DNA of 64,000 nucleotides from an uncultured Actinomycetota bacterium (GCA_963770565.1 CAVYQE010000011.1:480001-544000), one strand, 5' to 3'. Shown: positions 9,825-18,855, counted from the stretch's first letter. The notes: generated by a model from the sequence alone, not told the origin. Numbers and translations are program-made.

Positions 9825-10946
9825 ATGACCCGACGGACTGAGCCACCGTTCCGCGCCGACCACGTCGGTAGCCTGCTCCGACCTCAGCGGTTGATGCAGG
9901 CCAGAGCCCAGCGGGCCGACGGCACGATCTCCGGTGACGAGTTGCGTGCGGCCGAGGACAGCGCGATCCGCGATGTCGTGGCGATGCAGCGCGACGTCGG
10001 TCTTCAGTCCGCGACGGATGGTGAGTTCCGTCGTACTGCATGGCATATGGACTTCATCTATGCGCTCGACGGGGTGACGCAAGCCGACGAGAAGCTTCAC
10101 GTGCAGTTCTTCAACGAAGGCGGCACGATCGACTTCGCACCCGCCGCGCTGCGGATCGCCGACCGGATCCGGCTCGGGGAGACGATCTTTGCCGACCATT
10201 TCGTCTTCCTGAAGGAACAGGTCGGCCCCGGAGTGACGCCGAAGCTGACGATCCCGTCGCCGAGCATGGTGCACTATCGAGGCGGTCGGGCCGCGATCGA
10301 TGAGACCGTCTATCCCGACCTCGAGGAGTTCTGGGACGATCTCACCGCGGCGTACGCCGATGAGGTCCGCCGACTGGGCGAGCTCGGTTGTACCTACCTG
10401 CAGCTCGACGACACCAGCCTGGCCTATCTCAACGACCCGCGACAGCGAGAGCTGATCGCCTCGCTCGGCGGCGACCGCGAGCATCAGCACGAGCTGTACA
10501 TCCGCAACCTGAATCGGGTGATCGCGGCCCGGCCGCCGGGGATGCGGATCACTACCCACATGTGTCGCGGCAACTTCCAGTCGTCGTGGGCGGCCGAGGG
10601 GAGCTACGACTTCGTCGCCGAGGCGCTGTTCGGCCAACTCGACGTCGATGGCTTCTTCCTCGAGTACGACGATGCTCGCTCAGGCGGGTTCGAGCCGTTG
10701 CGGTACGTCCCCTCGGGAAAGTACGTAGTCCTCGGCCTGGTCACCACAAAGCGCGGCGTCCTGGAGCACAAGGACGACCTGAAGCGACGAATCGACGAAG
10801 CCGCCAAGGTCGTACCGCTTGAGCAGCTGTGCTTGTCGCCGCAGTGCGGGTTCTCCTCGACAGTCGAGGGCAACACGCTTAGCTACGACGAGGAGGTAGC
10901 CAAGCTCAGCCTGATCGTCGAAACCGCCGCTGAAGTCTGGTCCTAG
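9825..10946 (+). CDS. Cobalamin-independent methionine synthase II family protein (catalytic domain only)
   Basis: PPFRADHVGSLLRP, TDGEFRR; Zn ligands THMCRGN, LEYD and SPQCGF. Confidence 0.88.
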   Translation: MTRRTEPPFRADHVGSLLRPQRLMQARAQRADGTISGDELRAAEDSAIRDVVAMQRDVGLQSATDGEFRRTAWHMDFIYALDGVTQADEKLHVQFFNEGGTIDFAPAALRIADRIRLGETIFADHFVFLKEQVGPGVTPKLTIPSPSMVHYRGGRAAIDETVYPDLEEFWDDLTAAYADEVRRLGELGCTYLQLDDTSLAYLNDPRQRELIASLGGDREHQHELYIRNLNRVIAARPPGMRITTHMCRGNFQSSWAAEGSYDFVAEALFGQLDVDGFFLEYDDARSGGFEPLRYVPSGKYVVLGLVTTKRGVLEHKDDLKRRIDEAAKVVPLEQLCLSPQCGFSSTVEGNTLSYDEEVAKLSLIVETAAEVWS

Positions 10947-10987
10947 CGGGGTCGTGATTCGACCGCCAGCTCGCAGCACTTCAGGAC

Positions 10988-11608
10988 TCAGTTGGAGGGG
11001 GTGGTGCGGTGGATGTTGGTGCAGGGGACGGTCGGGTTGCAGCTGACCGAGTCGACGCCGTTGATGTTGACCAGCCGCTGCACCAGGTCGTTGCGCTCGA
11101 TCAACGTCGCGGTTCCGACCAGCACCATGCGGTACGACGCCGGAGTCTGGGACCTCGAGACCGAGGTCCAGCAGGTGTAGAGGCGCTGGAACTCCTGGTA
11201 TGCCTCGTCCTGCGACTCGTAGTAGACCTTGTGCACCAGCGGGTCGGAGTGCAGGGTCGCGGCGAGCTGCGCGACCTGCGCCTTGCTGGCCGAGGTCGAG
11301 ATGAAGACCGAGACGTCGACGTGGCCGACCCACGGCGAGGCCCGGCCGACGGTCGAGCCGCTCACGGTGCTCGGGCAGGCGCTCGGCGTCGCGACCGGCA
11401 GCTGCAGGAACTTCGCGAGGTCGGGCGGGGACTCGCCGCTCGGCGAGGACAGTGCCGATGGGCTGGAGCCGGACCCGCCGCACCCGGCCGTGACGGCCAG
11501 GACTGCGATGAGCACGAAAATGGCGCGGCGCAAACGGACCAGGGTGGAGCCGGTCACCGGCGCCGGATCAGGCGGAGCGCTGCGTTGCCGAGGAACACTA
11601 CCCACCAC
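10988..11608 (-). CDS. Putative lipoprotein with an FtsX extracellular-domain-like fold
   Basis: Hydrophobic stretch ending VTAGC (lipobox-like), then VSVFI...DPLVHKVYYESQDEAYQEF...PASYRMVL, resembling the FtsX large extracellular loop. Confidence 0.65.
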   Translation of the reverse strand: MVGSVPRQRSAPPDPAPVTGSTLVRLRRAIFVLIAVLAVTAGCGGSGSSPSALSSPSGESPPDLAKFLQLPVATPSACPSTVSGSTVGRASPWVGHVDVSVFISTSASKAQVAQLAATLHSDPLVHKVYYESQDEAYQEFQRLYTCWTSVSRSQTPASYRMVLVGTATLIERNDLVQRLVNINGVDSVSCNPTVPCTNIHRTTPSN

Positions 11609-11828
11609 ACGAGTCCGGTCAGGAAGACGACCGCAAGGACGAGCAAGGCGATGTAGCGCACGTCCAAGAACCTATCCGGGCGCTTCTGAAACGCGCATGA
11701 GACGCCGGGAAACCTGGCCCCGGTGCTGGTACTCGTGTGACAGATGGGGCACACTGGGGGGCGCACACGCTCGTCCTGTCGAGTCGGGGCCGCTGGGGAA
11801 GGCGATTCACGACACGACGGAGGTCACG

Positions 11829-12320
11829 GTGAGCGCTCGAGGTGTGCTGTTCGTGCATTCCTGCCCGCCTGCGGTGCGCCCGCACGTCGAATGGGCGATC
11901 GCGGGTGTCCTCGGCGTACCCGTGCGCCTGGACTGGCTCGATCAGCCGATCCAGCCGGGCTGCCTTCGGGCCCAGTCGGGTTGGCGCGGTCCCAGCGGTA
12001 CGGCGGGGCGGATCGCCGCGTCGTTGCGGGGCTGGCCGTTGATCCGGGCCGAGGTCACCGAGGAGCCCAGCGACGGGTGCGACGGCGAGCGGTACGCGAT
12101 GACCCCCGACCTCGGCGTGTTCCGGTCGGCGATGAGCGCGAACGGCGACGTGCTGGTCCAGGAGGACCGGCTCCGCTCGGTCCTGGCCGAGGCGGGCGAC
12201 TCGCCATCCCTTCAGCACGGCTTGCAGCGGCTGCTCGGGGCGCCGTGGGACGAGGAGCTCGAACCGTATCGCTGCGCCGGCGACGGCACCCCGGTCCGCT
12301 GGCTGAGCGCGGCGGTCTGA
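11829..12320 (+). CDS. DUF3145 family protein
   Basis: ARGVLFVHSCP..VRPHVEWA, EVTEEPS, G.PWDEELEPYR; conserved actinobacterial protein. Confidence 0.85.
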   Translation: MSARGVLFVHSCPPAVRPHVEWAIAGVLGVPVRLDWLDQPIQPGCLRAQSGWRGPSGTAGRIAASLRGWPLIRAEVTEEPSDGCDGERYAMTPDLGVFRSAMSANGDVLVQEDRLRSVLAEAGDSPSLQHGLQRLLGAPWDEELEPYRCAGDGTPVRWLSAAV

Positions 12321-12346
12321 GCCGGCGACGCGGTCCGCTACAGTCC

Positions 12347-12479
12347 GCGCGTGCGGCGGCGCGCGACTGAGCACGTCGAGGGGATCCTCGACCGCTCCGG
12401 GGCAACCCCGGGGCAGACCAATCGCGTCACGCAGGGCATCGCACGTGTCGGTTTGCGCTCCACGCAACTGCGCACGCGC
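12347..12479 (+). ncRNA. Putative retron-type ncRNA (msr/msd-like)
   Basis: Perfect 9-bp terminal inverted repeat GCGCGTGCG (12347-12355) / CGCACGCGC (12471-12479) enclosing hairpins at 12375-12392 and 12394-12414, directly upstream of a retron-type RT. Confidence 0.6.
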
Positions 12480-12517
12480 ACAGCGGGGCTGGTCAGCCGC
12501 GTGCCGCCGCCCGACCG

Positions 12518-13849
12518 GTGACCAGGCCGAGGACCGCAGCGGCCGTCGCCGTCAGCGCCGCGTTTCTTGACGGACCCTGGACGACGGCCGCGGAGCTCGC
12601 CCGCCGTGGCGCGGAGGCGATCGACGTCTCTCCGCGCCGGCTCGGGCCGACCGCCCGTGCGGTCCTCCGGGCCTACCAGGCTCCGCCGCGGGACCGGCCG
12701 CGCGAGCTCGCCTCCTTCGTCCTGACCCTGCCGTCGTACGAACGGCTGTGGCGACGAGGTCGACGGCCACAGGTCCGGCGCTACGCAATGCCCACTGTGG
12801 CGATGGCGCCGATGCGTTGGCACGTCCCGCCGATCGACTCGATGGCGGACCTCGCGACCTGGGCGGACCTCAGCGCCGCGCACCTCGACTGGTACGCCGA
12901 TGTGCGGTCGCTGGAGCGCGGCGCGCCGGCGGCGATGCGGCACTACGACCGCACCTGGAGCTACAACCGGCGCGGGCGAGTGCGGTTGTTGGAGCAACCC
13001 CGCCCGCGGCTGAAGGCGCTGCAGCGCCGGTTGCTGCACGAGATTCTGGACCAGGTGCCGGCCCACGATGCCGCACACGGGTTCGTGACCGGCCGGTCGG
13101 TCCGTTCCTTCGCGGCGCCGCACGGCGGTCGCGACGTCGTCATCCGCCTGGACCTGACCGCGTTCTTCGCGACCATCTCGGCCGGCCGGGTCTTCGGCGT
13201 GTTCCGCTCGATCGGCTACGCCGAGCCGGTCGCGCATTGCCTGACGGGGATCACGACCACGGTGCTGCCGCTGGCTGATCGCCGGCTGGTCCCGCCGGCG
13301 TTGCGGGACGACGACCTGGACGCGCGACGCCGGCTGCTCGAGCACCTCGCCCGTCCGCACCTGCCGCAGGGCTCGCCCACCTCGCCAACCCTCGCCAACC
13401 TGGTGGCTTACCGCTTGGACACCCGGCTGGCTGGTCTCGCCCGCGCGGCCGACGCGACCTACACCCGGTACGCCGACGACCTCGCGCTCTCGCTGCACGG
13501 CCTGGACGCCGCCCGGCGGGCCCGGCGGCTGGTCGACACCGTCCGTGCCGTCGTCCGCGAAGAGGGCTTCCGGGTCAACGATGCCAAGACCCGGATCGCC
13601 ACCCGCGGCCAGCGCCAGCTGCTCTGCGGGATCGTGGTGAACGACCGGCCCGGCGTGCTGAGACCGGAGCGCGACGAGCTGCGGGCGCTTCTCCACAACT
13701 GTCAGCAGCACGGACCCCCGTCGCAGAACCGCAACGGGCACAACGACTTTCGCGCACACCTGCTCGGCCGGATCGCGTGGATGTCATCGGTGAATCCGGT
13801 TCAGGGCGCCCGGCTGCGGCTGCAGTTCGACCAGATCACCGGCTGGTGA
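12518..13849 (+). CDS. Retron-type reverse transcriptase
   Basis: R.LEQPRPRLKALQR, AAHGF, region-X-like FAAPH, DLTAFF, LPQGSPTSPTLAN, catalytic YTRYADDL, GFRVNDAKT, region-Y-like QLLCGIVVN, and a C-terminal LLGRIAW..SVNP thumb. Confidence 0.9.
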   Translation: MTRPRTAAAVAVSAAFLDGPWTTAAELARRGAEAIDVSPRRLGPTARAVLRAYQAPPRDRPRELASFVLTLPSYERLWRRGRRPQVRRYAMPTVAMAPMRWHVPPIDSMADLATWADLSAAHLDWYADVRSLERGAPAAMRHYDRTWSYNRRGRVRLLEQPRPRLKALQRRLLHEILDQVPAHDAAHGFVTGRSVRSFAAPHGGRDVVIRLDLTAFFATISAGRVFGVFRSIGYAEPVAHCLTGITTTVLPLADRRLVPPALRDDDLDARRRLLEHLARPHLPQGSPTSPTLANLVAYRLDTRLAGLARAADATYTRYADDLALSLHGLDAARRARRLVDTVRAVVREEGFRVNDAKTRIATRGQRQLLCGIVVNDRPGVLRPERDELRALLHNCQQHGPPSQNRNGHNDFRAHLLGRIAWMSSVNPVQGARLRLQFDQITGW

Positions 13850-13856
13850 ACGCGCG

Positions 13857-15119
13857 CTACGGATCGAGCCGCACCCGGACGTCGCCCTCGTCGGGTCGGA
13901 CCAACGCTGCCCAGCCGAGCGGGACGCGCAACGAGCGGTTCGGGATTGCTGCCCGCACGGTGAACCGCGCGAGCCGCCGCCGACCTTGTTCGATCACCAC
14001 CGCGGGCCGTCGCCGGAACTCCGCGGTGCGCAGGATCAGCCCGCCCGGCAGGTCGGCTGCCAACGGCGAGTCGATCGGACCGACCCGGCCCGGCGAGGCC
14101 CACCGCAGCGGCGACTCGACCACGATCGCGACCCCGCTCGGCTCGAGCGCACCGGACGCAGCGAGAAGGCGGCGGGCCAGGCCGGCGCCGACGGCCGCTC
14201 CGCGCATTGCCGCGACGTCCGCGGTCTCGGCCGGGTGCACCAGGTTGCCGGCCGCATACAACGCCTCGACACTGCACCGACCGGCAAGGTCGACGACCGG
14301 GCCGCGCGACGCGACGTCGACGGCGGCGCCGGCCGATCGGGCCAGCTCGTGGTCGGGGATCCAGTCGCCGGTGAAGACGACGGTGTCGACGCCGAGCGTC
14401 GAGGTCCGGCCGTCGGCGTGATTCACGAGGTCGACCGCGTGTACGCGTCCGTGGCCACGGATCGCAGCGACATCGGTGTCCGTCAACAGCGGGACCCGCA
14501 GGCCGCGCCGGGTCACCGCGGCGAAACCGGCGCACGACTGGTGGCGGGGCAGGTCGGTCACCATGGCGACGGTGCGGACGCCCGCTTCGCGCAACGTCAG
14601 GACGGCCGAGTACGACACGTGCTCAGCCCCGACCACGACGGCCCGCTCGCCGACCGGCAACCCGTGGAGATGCGACCACTGCTGCAGCTGGCCGGTCGTG
14701 AAGACGCCGTCGCCGCGGTCGCCGGGCACCAATCGGGCGCCGCGTGGCCGCTCGCGCGCCCCGGTCGCGAGGACGATCGCGTCGGCCGCCACTGTGCGCA
14801 CCCCGCTGGGCGAGGTGAGCGTCAGCGCGCCGGCGGAGGCCCAGCCGGTCGCCATCGTCTCGGTCTCGATCCGTACGCCGGCGTCCTCCGCCATCCGCAC
14901 CAGCCGGTCGGCGTACCGGGGTCCGCGAAGCGATCGGTGCAGGTCACGCAGGCCGAAGCCGGTGTGGTCGCAGTGCCGGGGAACTCCGCCGGCCGCCTGC
15001 TCGCGCTCGACCACGAGTACGTCGCGCACGCCCCCGACCGCTAGCGCTCGCGCCGCCGCCAGCCCGGCCGGGCCGCCGCCGACGACCACGACCTGGTGTC
15101 GGCATCCGGTCGCGCTCAC
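13857..15119 (-). CDS. FAD/NAD(P)-dependent pyridine nucleotide-disulfide oxidoreductase
   Basis: VVVVGGGPAG, GGVPRHCDHTGFG, LATGARER and YAAGN; GTG at 15119 overlaps the upstream stop. Confidence 0.85.
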   Translation of the reverse strand: MSATGCRHQVVVVGGGPAGLAAARALAVGGVRDVLVVEREQAAGGVPRHCDHTGFGLRDLHRSLRGPRYADRLVRMAEDAGVRIETETMATGWASAGALTLTSPSGVRTVAADAIVLATGARERPRGARLVPGDRGDGVFTTGQLQQWSHLHGLPVGERAVVVGAEHVSYSAVLTLREAGVRTVAMVTDLPRHQSCAGFAAVTRRGLRVPLLTDTDVAAIRGHGRVHAVDLVNHADGRTSTLGVDTVVFTGDWIPDHELARSAGAAVDVASRGPVVDLAGRCSVEALYAAGNLVHPAETADVAAMRGAAVGAGLARRLLAASGALEPSGVAIVVESPLRWASPGRVGPIDSPLAADLPGGLILRTAEFRRRPAVVIEQGRRRLARFTVRAAIPNRSLRVPLGWAALVRPDEGDVRVRLDP

Positions 15120-16531
15120 GACAAGCCCCGCCACGTCGATCGCGCGGCCGCGAGTGCCGCGGCCACCTCCGCACCGCAGTAGAAGCCCTGGCAGCGGCCG
15201 TTCGAGGCCCGGGTCCGGCGGGCCAGACCGGCCCGGTCGACCGGCGGGAGCGGGGAGGCGAGGGCATCGCGCAGCTCGCCGCGGCTGACCCGTTCGCAGA
15301 AGCAGACGATCCGGCCGTACTCCGGATCTGCGGCGACGGTCTCGGCCGTCGTGGCCGGTCGCGGGAAGGCTTCGCCGAGGTTCGGCAGGCGCGGCGGTGC
15401 GGGCAGGTCGGCGCGCTCGGCCACGGGCAGCCCGGCGGCGCCGAGCAACCCGGCGACGTGCTCGGCGATGGCCATCGATGCGCTGAGGCCGGTCGAGCGG
15501 ATCCCGCCGACGCAGACGTAGCGGAGGGCGGCGTCGCAGCGGATCTGGTAGTCCCGGTGCTCGGTCGCCGCCCGCAGTCCGGAGTAGGTGCTGGTGACCT
15601 CCTCGGCGGCCAACGCCGGCACGATCGCGGCGCCCGCTGCCACCAGCGAGCGGAGCCCTTCGGCCGTGGTCGCGGTGTCGGTCTTGTCGGCAAGGTCCTC
15701 GGCGGTCGGTCCGACCAGCACGTTGCCGTAGACGGTCGGGCTGATCAGCACGCCCTTCGTCGTCCCGGTCGGGATCGGCAGGATGATCGACGACACCAGC
15801 CGGCGCGCCTGCTTGTCCATGACGACGAGCTGGCCGCGGCGGGGCGTGACGGTGAAGCTCGTCCCGCCGAACATCCGGTCGATCTCGTCGCTGCGCAGGC
15901 CGGCCGCGTTGATCAGCCAGCCGGCGTGAACCGGTCCGGCCGACGTCGAGATCAAGTGCCCGCCGGCCGGGTCCGCTTCGACCCCGGTGACGGTCGTGGA
16001 GAGCCGCAACCGGACGCCGGCCGCCACCGCCTCGGTCGCGTAGGCGAGCGTCGTGCTCCACGGGCAGATAATCGACTCGTCGGGCACTCGCAGCGCACCG
16101 AGCGCTCCGGGCGCAAGGTGCGGCTCCCTGCGGTAGAGCTCGTCCGCGTCGATCAGTTCGGCGGCCGGGTAGTCGTTGGCCCGGGCCTTGTCGAGCAGAC
16201 CGGGAAGCGCTGCCTGCTGCTCCGGAGTCCAGGCCACGACGACGGCGCCGGTGCGCTCGACGGCGATGCCGGTCGCTTCGGCGTACCCGCCGAGCAGGTG
16301 GTGCCCGGTGCGGACCAGTTGCGCCTCGAGGCTGCCGACCGGGGCGTCGAACCCGGTGTGCAGGATCGCGGTGTTGGCCTTGCTGGTGCCGTCGCCGACG
16401 TCGTTGCGGGCATCGATCACGACGGCGGTCAGGTCGCTTCGGCCGATCCGCCTGGCGATTGCGGCGCCGACCACCCCGGCCCCGATGATCGCGATGTCGA
16501 AGCGGTCGGCCGGCCCGGATCCGGCGCTCAC
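15116..16531 (-). CDS. GlpA/LhgO-like FAD oxidoreductase with C-terminal BFD-like [2Fe-2S] domain
   Basis: IIGAGVVG, TSKANTAILHTG and GIRSTGLS; C-terminal IVCFCE...GRCQGFYC. Confidence 0.85.
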   Translation of the reverse strand: MSAGSGPADRFDIAIIGAGVVGAAIARRIGRSDLTAVVIDARNDVGDGTSKANTAILHTGFDAPVGSLEAQLVRTGHHLLGGYAEATGIAVERTGAVVVAWTPEQQAALPGLLDKARANDYPAAELIDADELYRREPHLAPGALGALRVPDESIICPWSTTLAYATEAVAAGVRLRLSTTVTGVEADPAGGHLISTSAGPVHAGWLINAAGLRSDEIDRMFGGTSFTVTPRRGQLVVMDKQARRLVSSIILPIPTGTTKGVLISPTVYGNVLVGPTAEDLADKTDTATTAEGLRSLVAAGAAIVPALAAEEVTSTYSGLRAATEHRDYQIRCDAALRYVCVGGIRSTGLSASMAIAEHVAGLLGAAGLPVAERADLPAPPRLPNLGEAFPRPATTAETVAADPEYGRIVCFCERVSRGELRDALASPLPPVDRAGLARRTRASNGRCQGFYCGAEVAAALAAARSTWRGLS

Positions 16532-17985
16532 GTCGACGCGGCGCCCGCGCCCGCGGCCGCGATGACCCGGGCGATCGCGGCCTCCATGCCGGCGAGTCTG
16601 GCCTGCGCCTCGTCCGCGCTGATCATCGGCTCGTAGCGTTCGCCGCCGGTGACCGCCGCCGCCCGGCCCGGCGCGAGCCCGTTGCGGGCCAGCTGGGCGA
16701 CGCCGAGGGCGGTCGCATGCGGCGAGGTGAAGACCTCGACCGGAGCCTGCAGCAGGTCGGCCTGGGTCTGCATCAGCAGTCGCGACCGGGTGAGTCCGCC
16801 GTCGACCCGCAACGTCCCGATCGATCCGCCCAGGTCGGCGGCTGCGGCGTGCGCCAACAGGGCGACCTGGCCGGCAATCCCGTCGACCGCCGCGCGCACC
16901 ACATGAGCGCTGGTCGTGCCGAGCGTCAGGCCCTCCAACGACGCGCGGGCATCGGGCGCCCAGTACGGCGCACCGAGGCCGGCCAGCGCCGGGACGCACA
17001 CCACGCCGCCGGCATCGGGAACGCTCGCGCCGATCCGGTCGACATCGGCCGGCGCCGCGATCAGGCCGAGCCGGATCAGCCAGTCCACGATCGATCCGAC
17101 GGTGTAGAGCTGGCCATCGAGGCAGTAGGCGACCGACCCGCCGTCGACCCAGCCGACCGATGCCGACAGGCCGTGGGTCGAGCGCTTCGCCGTCGGCCCG
17201 GCGTTCGCGAGCAGGAACGCACCGGTGCCGTAGGTGCACTTGGAGTCGCCGGTCTGCAGGCAGCCCTCGCCGTACAACGCGGCCTGCTGGTCGACCGCCA
17301 GGCCGGTCACCGGCAGCGTCGGACCGAAGGCGTCCGTCGTCCCGACCGTGGTCGTGCAGGCGACGATCTCTGGAAGCTCAGCCGGGTCGACCCCGAAGAG
17401 CCCGCACGCCTCGGGCGACCACTGCCGCCGGTCGAGATCCATCAGCGCACTGCGCGACGCCGTGCTCACGTCGGTCACGAACGCCCCGGTCAGTCGGTGC
17501 AACAGCCACGAGTCGGTGGTCGTCACCACGCCCTCGCGGGTCACGTGCTCGCGCAGCCAGACCACCTTCGGTCCGACGAAGTACGGGTCGAGCGGAAGCC
17601 CGGTCAGCTCGGCCAGCCGGTCGGCGGCGGGGGCAAGGGCGGTGCAGACACCCGCTGACCGGCGGTCCTGCCACGACAGCGCGGGCGCCAGCGGCGCGCC
17701 GGACCCGCGATCCCACGCCATGACCGTCTCGCCCTGGTTGGCGAACCCGATCGCCACCACCTCGCCGCCGGCCTGGGCGAGCGCCGCCCGCCCGGCGGTC
17801 ACGATCGAGTCGAAGAGCTCGGCCGGATCCTGCTCGACGCCGCCCTCACCCACCGAGACCGGCTGCACCGGCGCCTGCGCGGTCGCCAGCACCGACCCGT
17901 CCGGGCCGACCATCAGCGCCTTCGTCGACGACGTGCCCTGGTCGATCGCGAGGATGTTGCCGTCGCGCATCGACGCGTCGGTCAT
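16528..17985 (-). CDS. FGGY-family carbohydrate kinase, glycerol kinase-like
   Basis: AIDQGTSSTK, ANQGET, WQDRR, DQQAAL, KCTYGTGAF and LRVDGG. Confidence 0.88.
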   Translation of the reverse strand: MTDASMRDGNILAIDQGTSSTKALMVGPDGSVLATAQAPVQPVSVGEGGVEQDPAELFDSIVTAGRAALAQAGGEVVAIGFANQGETVMAWDRGSGAPLAPALSWQDRRSAGVCTALAPAADRLAELTGLPLDPYFVGPKVVWLREHVTREGVVTTTDSWLLHRLTGAFVTDVSTASRSALMDLDRRQWSPEACGLFGVDPAELPEIVACTTTVGTTDAFGPTLPVTGLAVDQQAALYGEGCLQTGDSKCTYGTGAFLLANAGPTAKRSTHGLSASVGWVDGGSVAYCLDGQLYTVGSIVDWLIRLGLIAAPADVDRIGASVPDAGGVVCVPALAGLGAPYWAPDARASLEGLTLGTTSAHVVRAAVDGIAGQVALLAHAAAADLGGSIGTLRVDGGLTRSRLLMQTQADLLQAPVEVFTSPHATALGVAQLARNGLAPGRAAAVTGGERYEPMISADEAQARLAGMEAAIARVIAAAGAGAAST

Positions 17986-18818
17986 GCTCCGCCGGTCGCT
18001 GTCTCGTGGCCCGCCGCCGGGTGCAGTCGCTCCTTGAAGAAGGCGAGCACCTGGTCGAGGGCGGCGCGGGTCGGCGTACCTTCCCGGTCGTCGAGATGCT
18101 CGGTCAGCACCGAGTGCGCGGTCCTCGGGTGGCCGTAGGGATTGCCGGCCGAGGAGTCGAGCTCGACCCCGATGAACCCGTCGCCGAACTCGCGCCGCAA
18201 CGTGGCGAACCGGTCGGGCGGGCTGGACGCGTCATTGCTGAAGCGAAAACCGAGCAGGCAGATGCCGGCCGCAACCCGGGACTTGACGGTTGCCAGGTCG
18301 GCATCGGAGATCCCGAGGTCGGCTTTGCGAGCCTTGCCGATCGGGAACGGCAACGAGGGCTGGCTCAGCACCGGCGCGACCACTGTGTCGTCGACCAACA
18401 TGGCGAGGGCAAATCCGCCGGTGAGGCACATGCCGACCGCACCCACGCCCGGCCCCCCGCACCGCGCGTGCTCGGCGGCCGCGAGTGCGCGCAGCCAGAC
18501 CGTCACCGGGCTGGCCTGCTTGCGTGCCAGCATCGTGAAGTCGCGCGAGATGCACGTGCCGGCGAGCACCTTCATCGAGTACGCCACCGTCGGTGGCGCG
18601 CCGGGTGTCCCGAACAGGTGCGGCAGGACGGCAGTGCAATCCTGCGCGGCGACCTTGCGGGCGAAGTCGGCCACCAGCGGCGTGATGCCGGGGATCTCCG
18701 ATACGACGATGACCGCCGGCCCCGCACCGAGCCGGTAGATGTCACGGGTCTTGCCCTCGGCGGTGAACGGCTCGCGGGCAAAGTCCCGCAGCGGGTCGGG
18801 CGCTGGTGCACCGCTCAT
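17982..18818 (-). CDS. Dienelactone hydrolase family protein
   Basis: EIPGITP, GMCLTGGFAL (Cys nucleophile) and AHSVLT. Confidence 0.85.
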   Translation of the reverse strand: MSGAPAPDPLRDFAREPFTAEGKTRDIYRLGAGPAVIVVSEIPGITPLVADFARKVAAQDCTAVLPHLFGTPGAPPTVAYSMKVLAGTCISRDFTMLARKQASPVTVWLRALAAAEHARCGGPGVGAVGMCLTGGFALAMLVDDTVVAPVLSQPSLPFPIGKARKADLGISDADLATVKSRVAAGICLLGFRFSNDASSPPDRFATLRREFGDGFIGVELDSSAGNPYGHPRTAHSVLTEHLDDREGTPTRAALDQVLAFFKERLHPAAGHETATGGA

Positions 18819-18855
18819 CGACGAATCGTCCCCTACCGACCCGCGATGGTGCGCC

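Noticed and set aside
11829-12320. DUF3145 gene as the retron effector
   Set aside because: It is a widespread actinobacterial backbone gene normally found without an RT; adjacency most likely reflects the insertion site.
12338-13759. 473-aa antisense ORF covering the RT and its leader, as a possible hidden effector
   Set aside because: Its composition is typical of a high-GC shadow ORF with no recognisable motifs, and similar shadows lie opposite most genes in this window.
12518-13849. RT as a group II intron, DGR or CRISPR-associated RT
   Set aside because: I saw no maturase/endonuclease domain or intron domain V, no template/variable repeat pair and no cas genes; the motifs fit a retron-type RT better.
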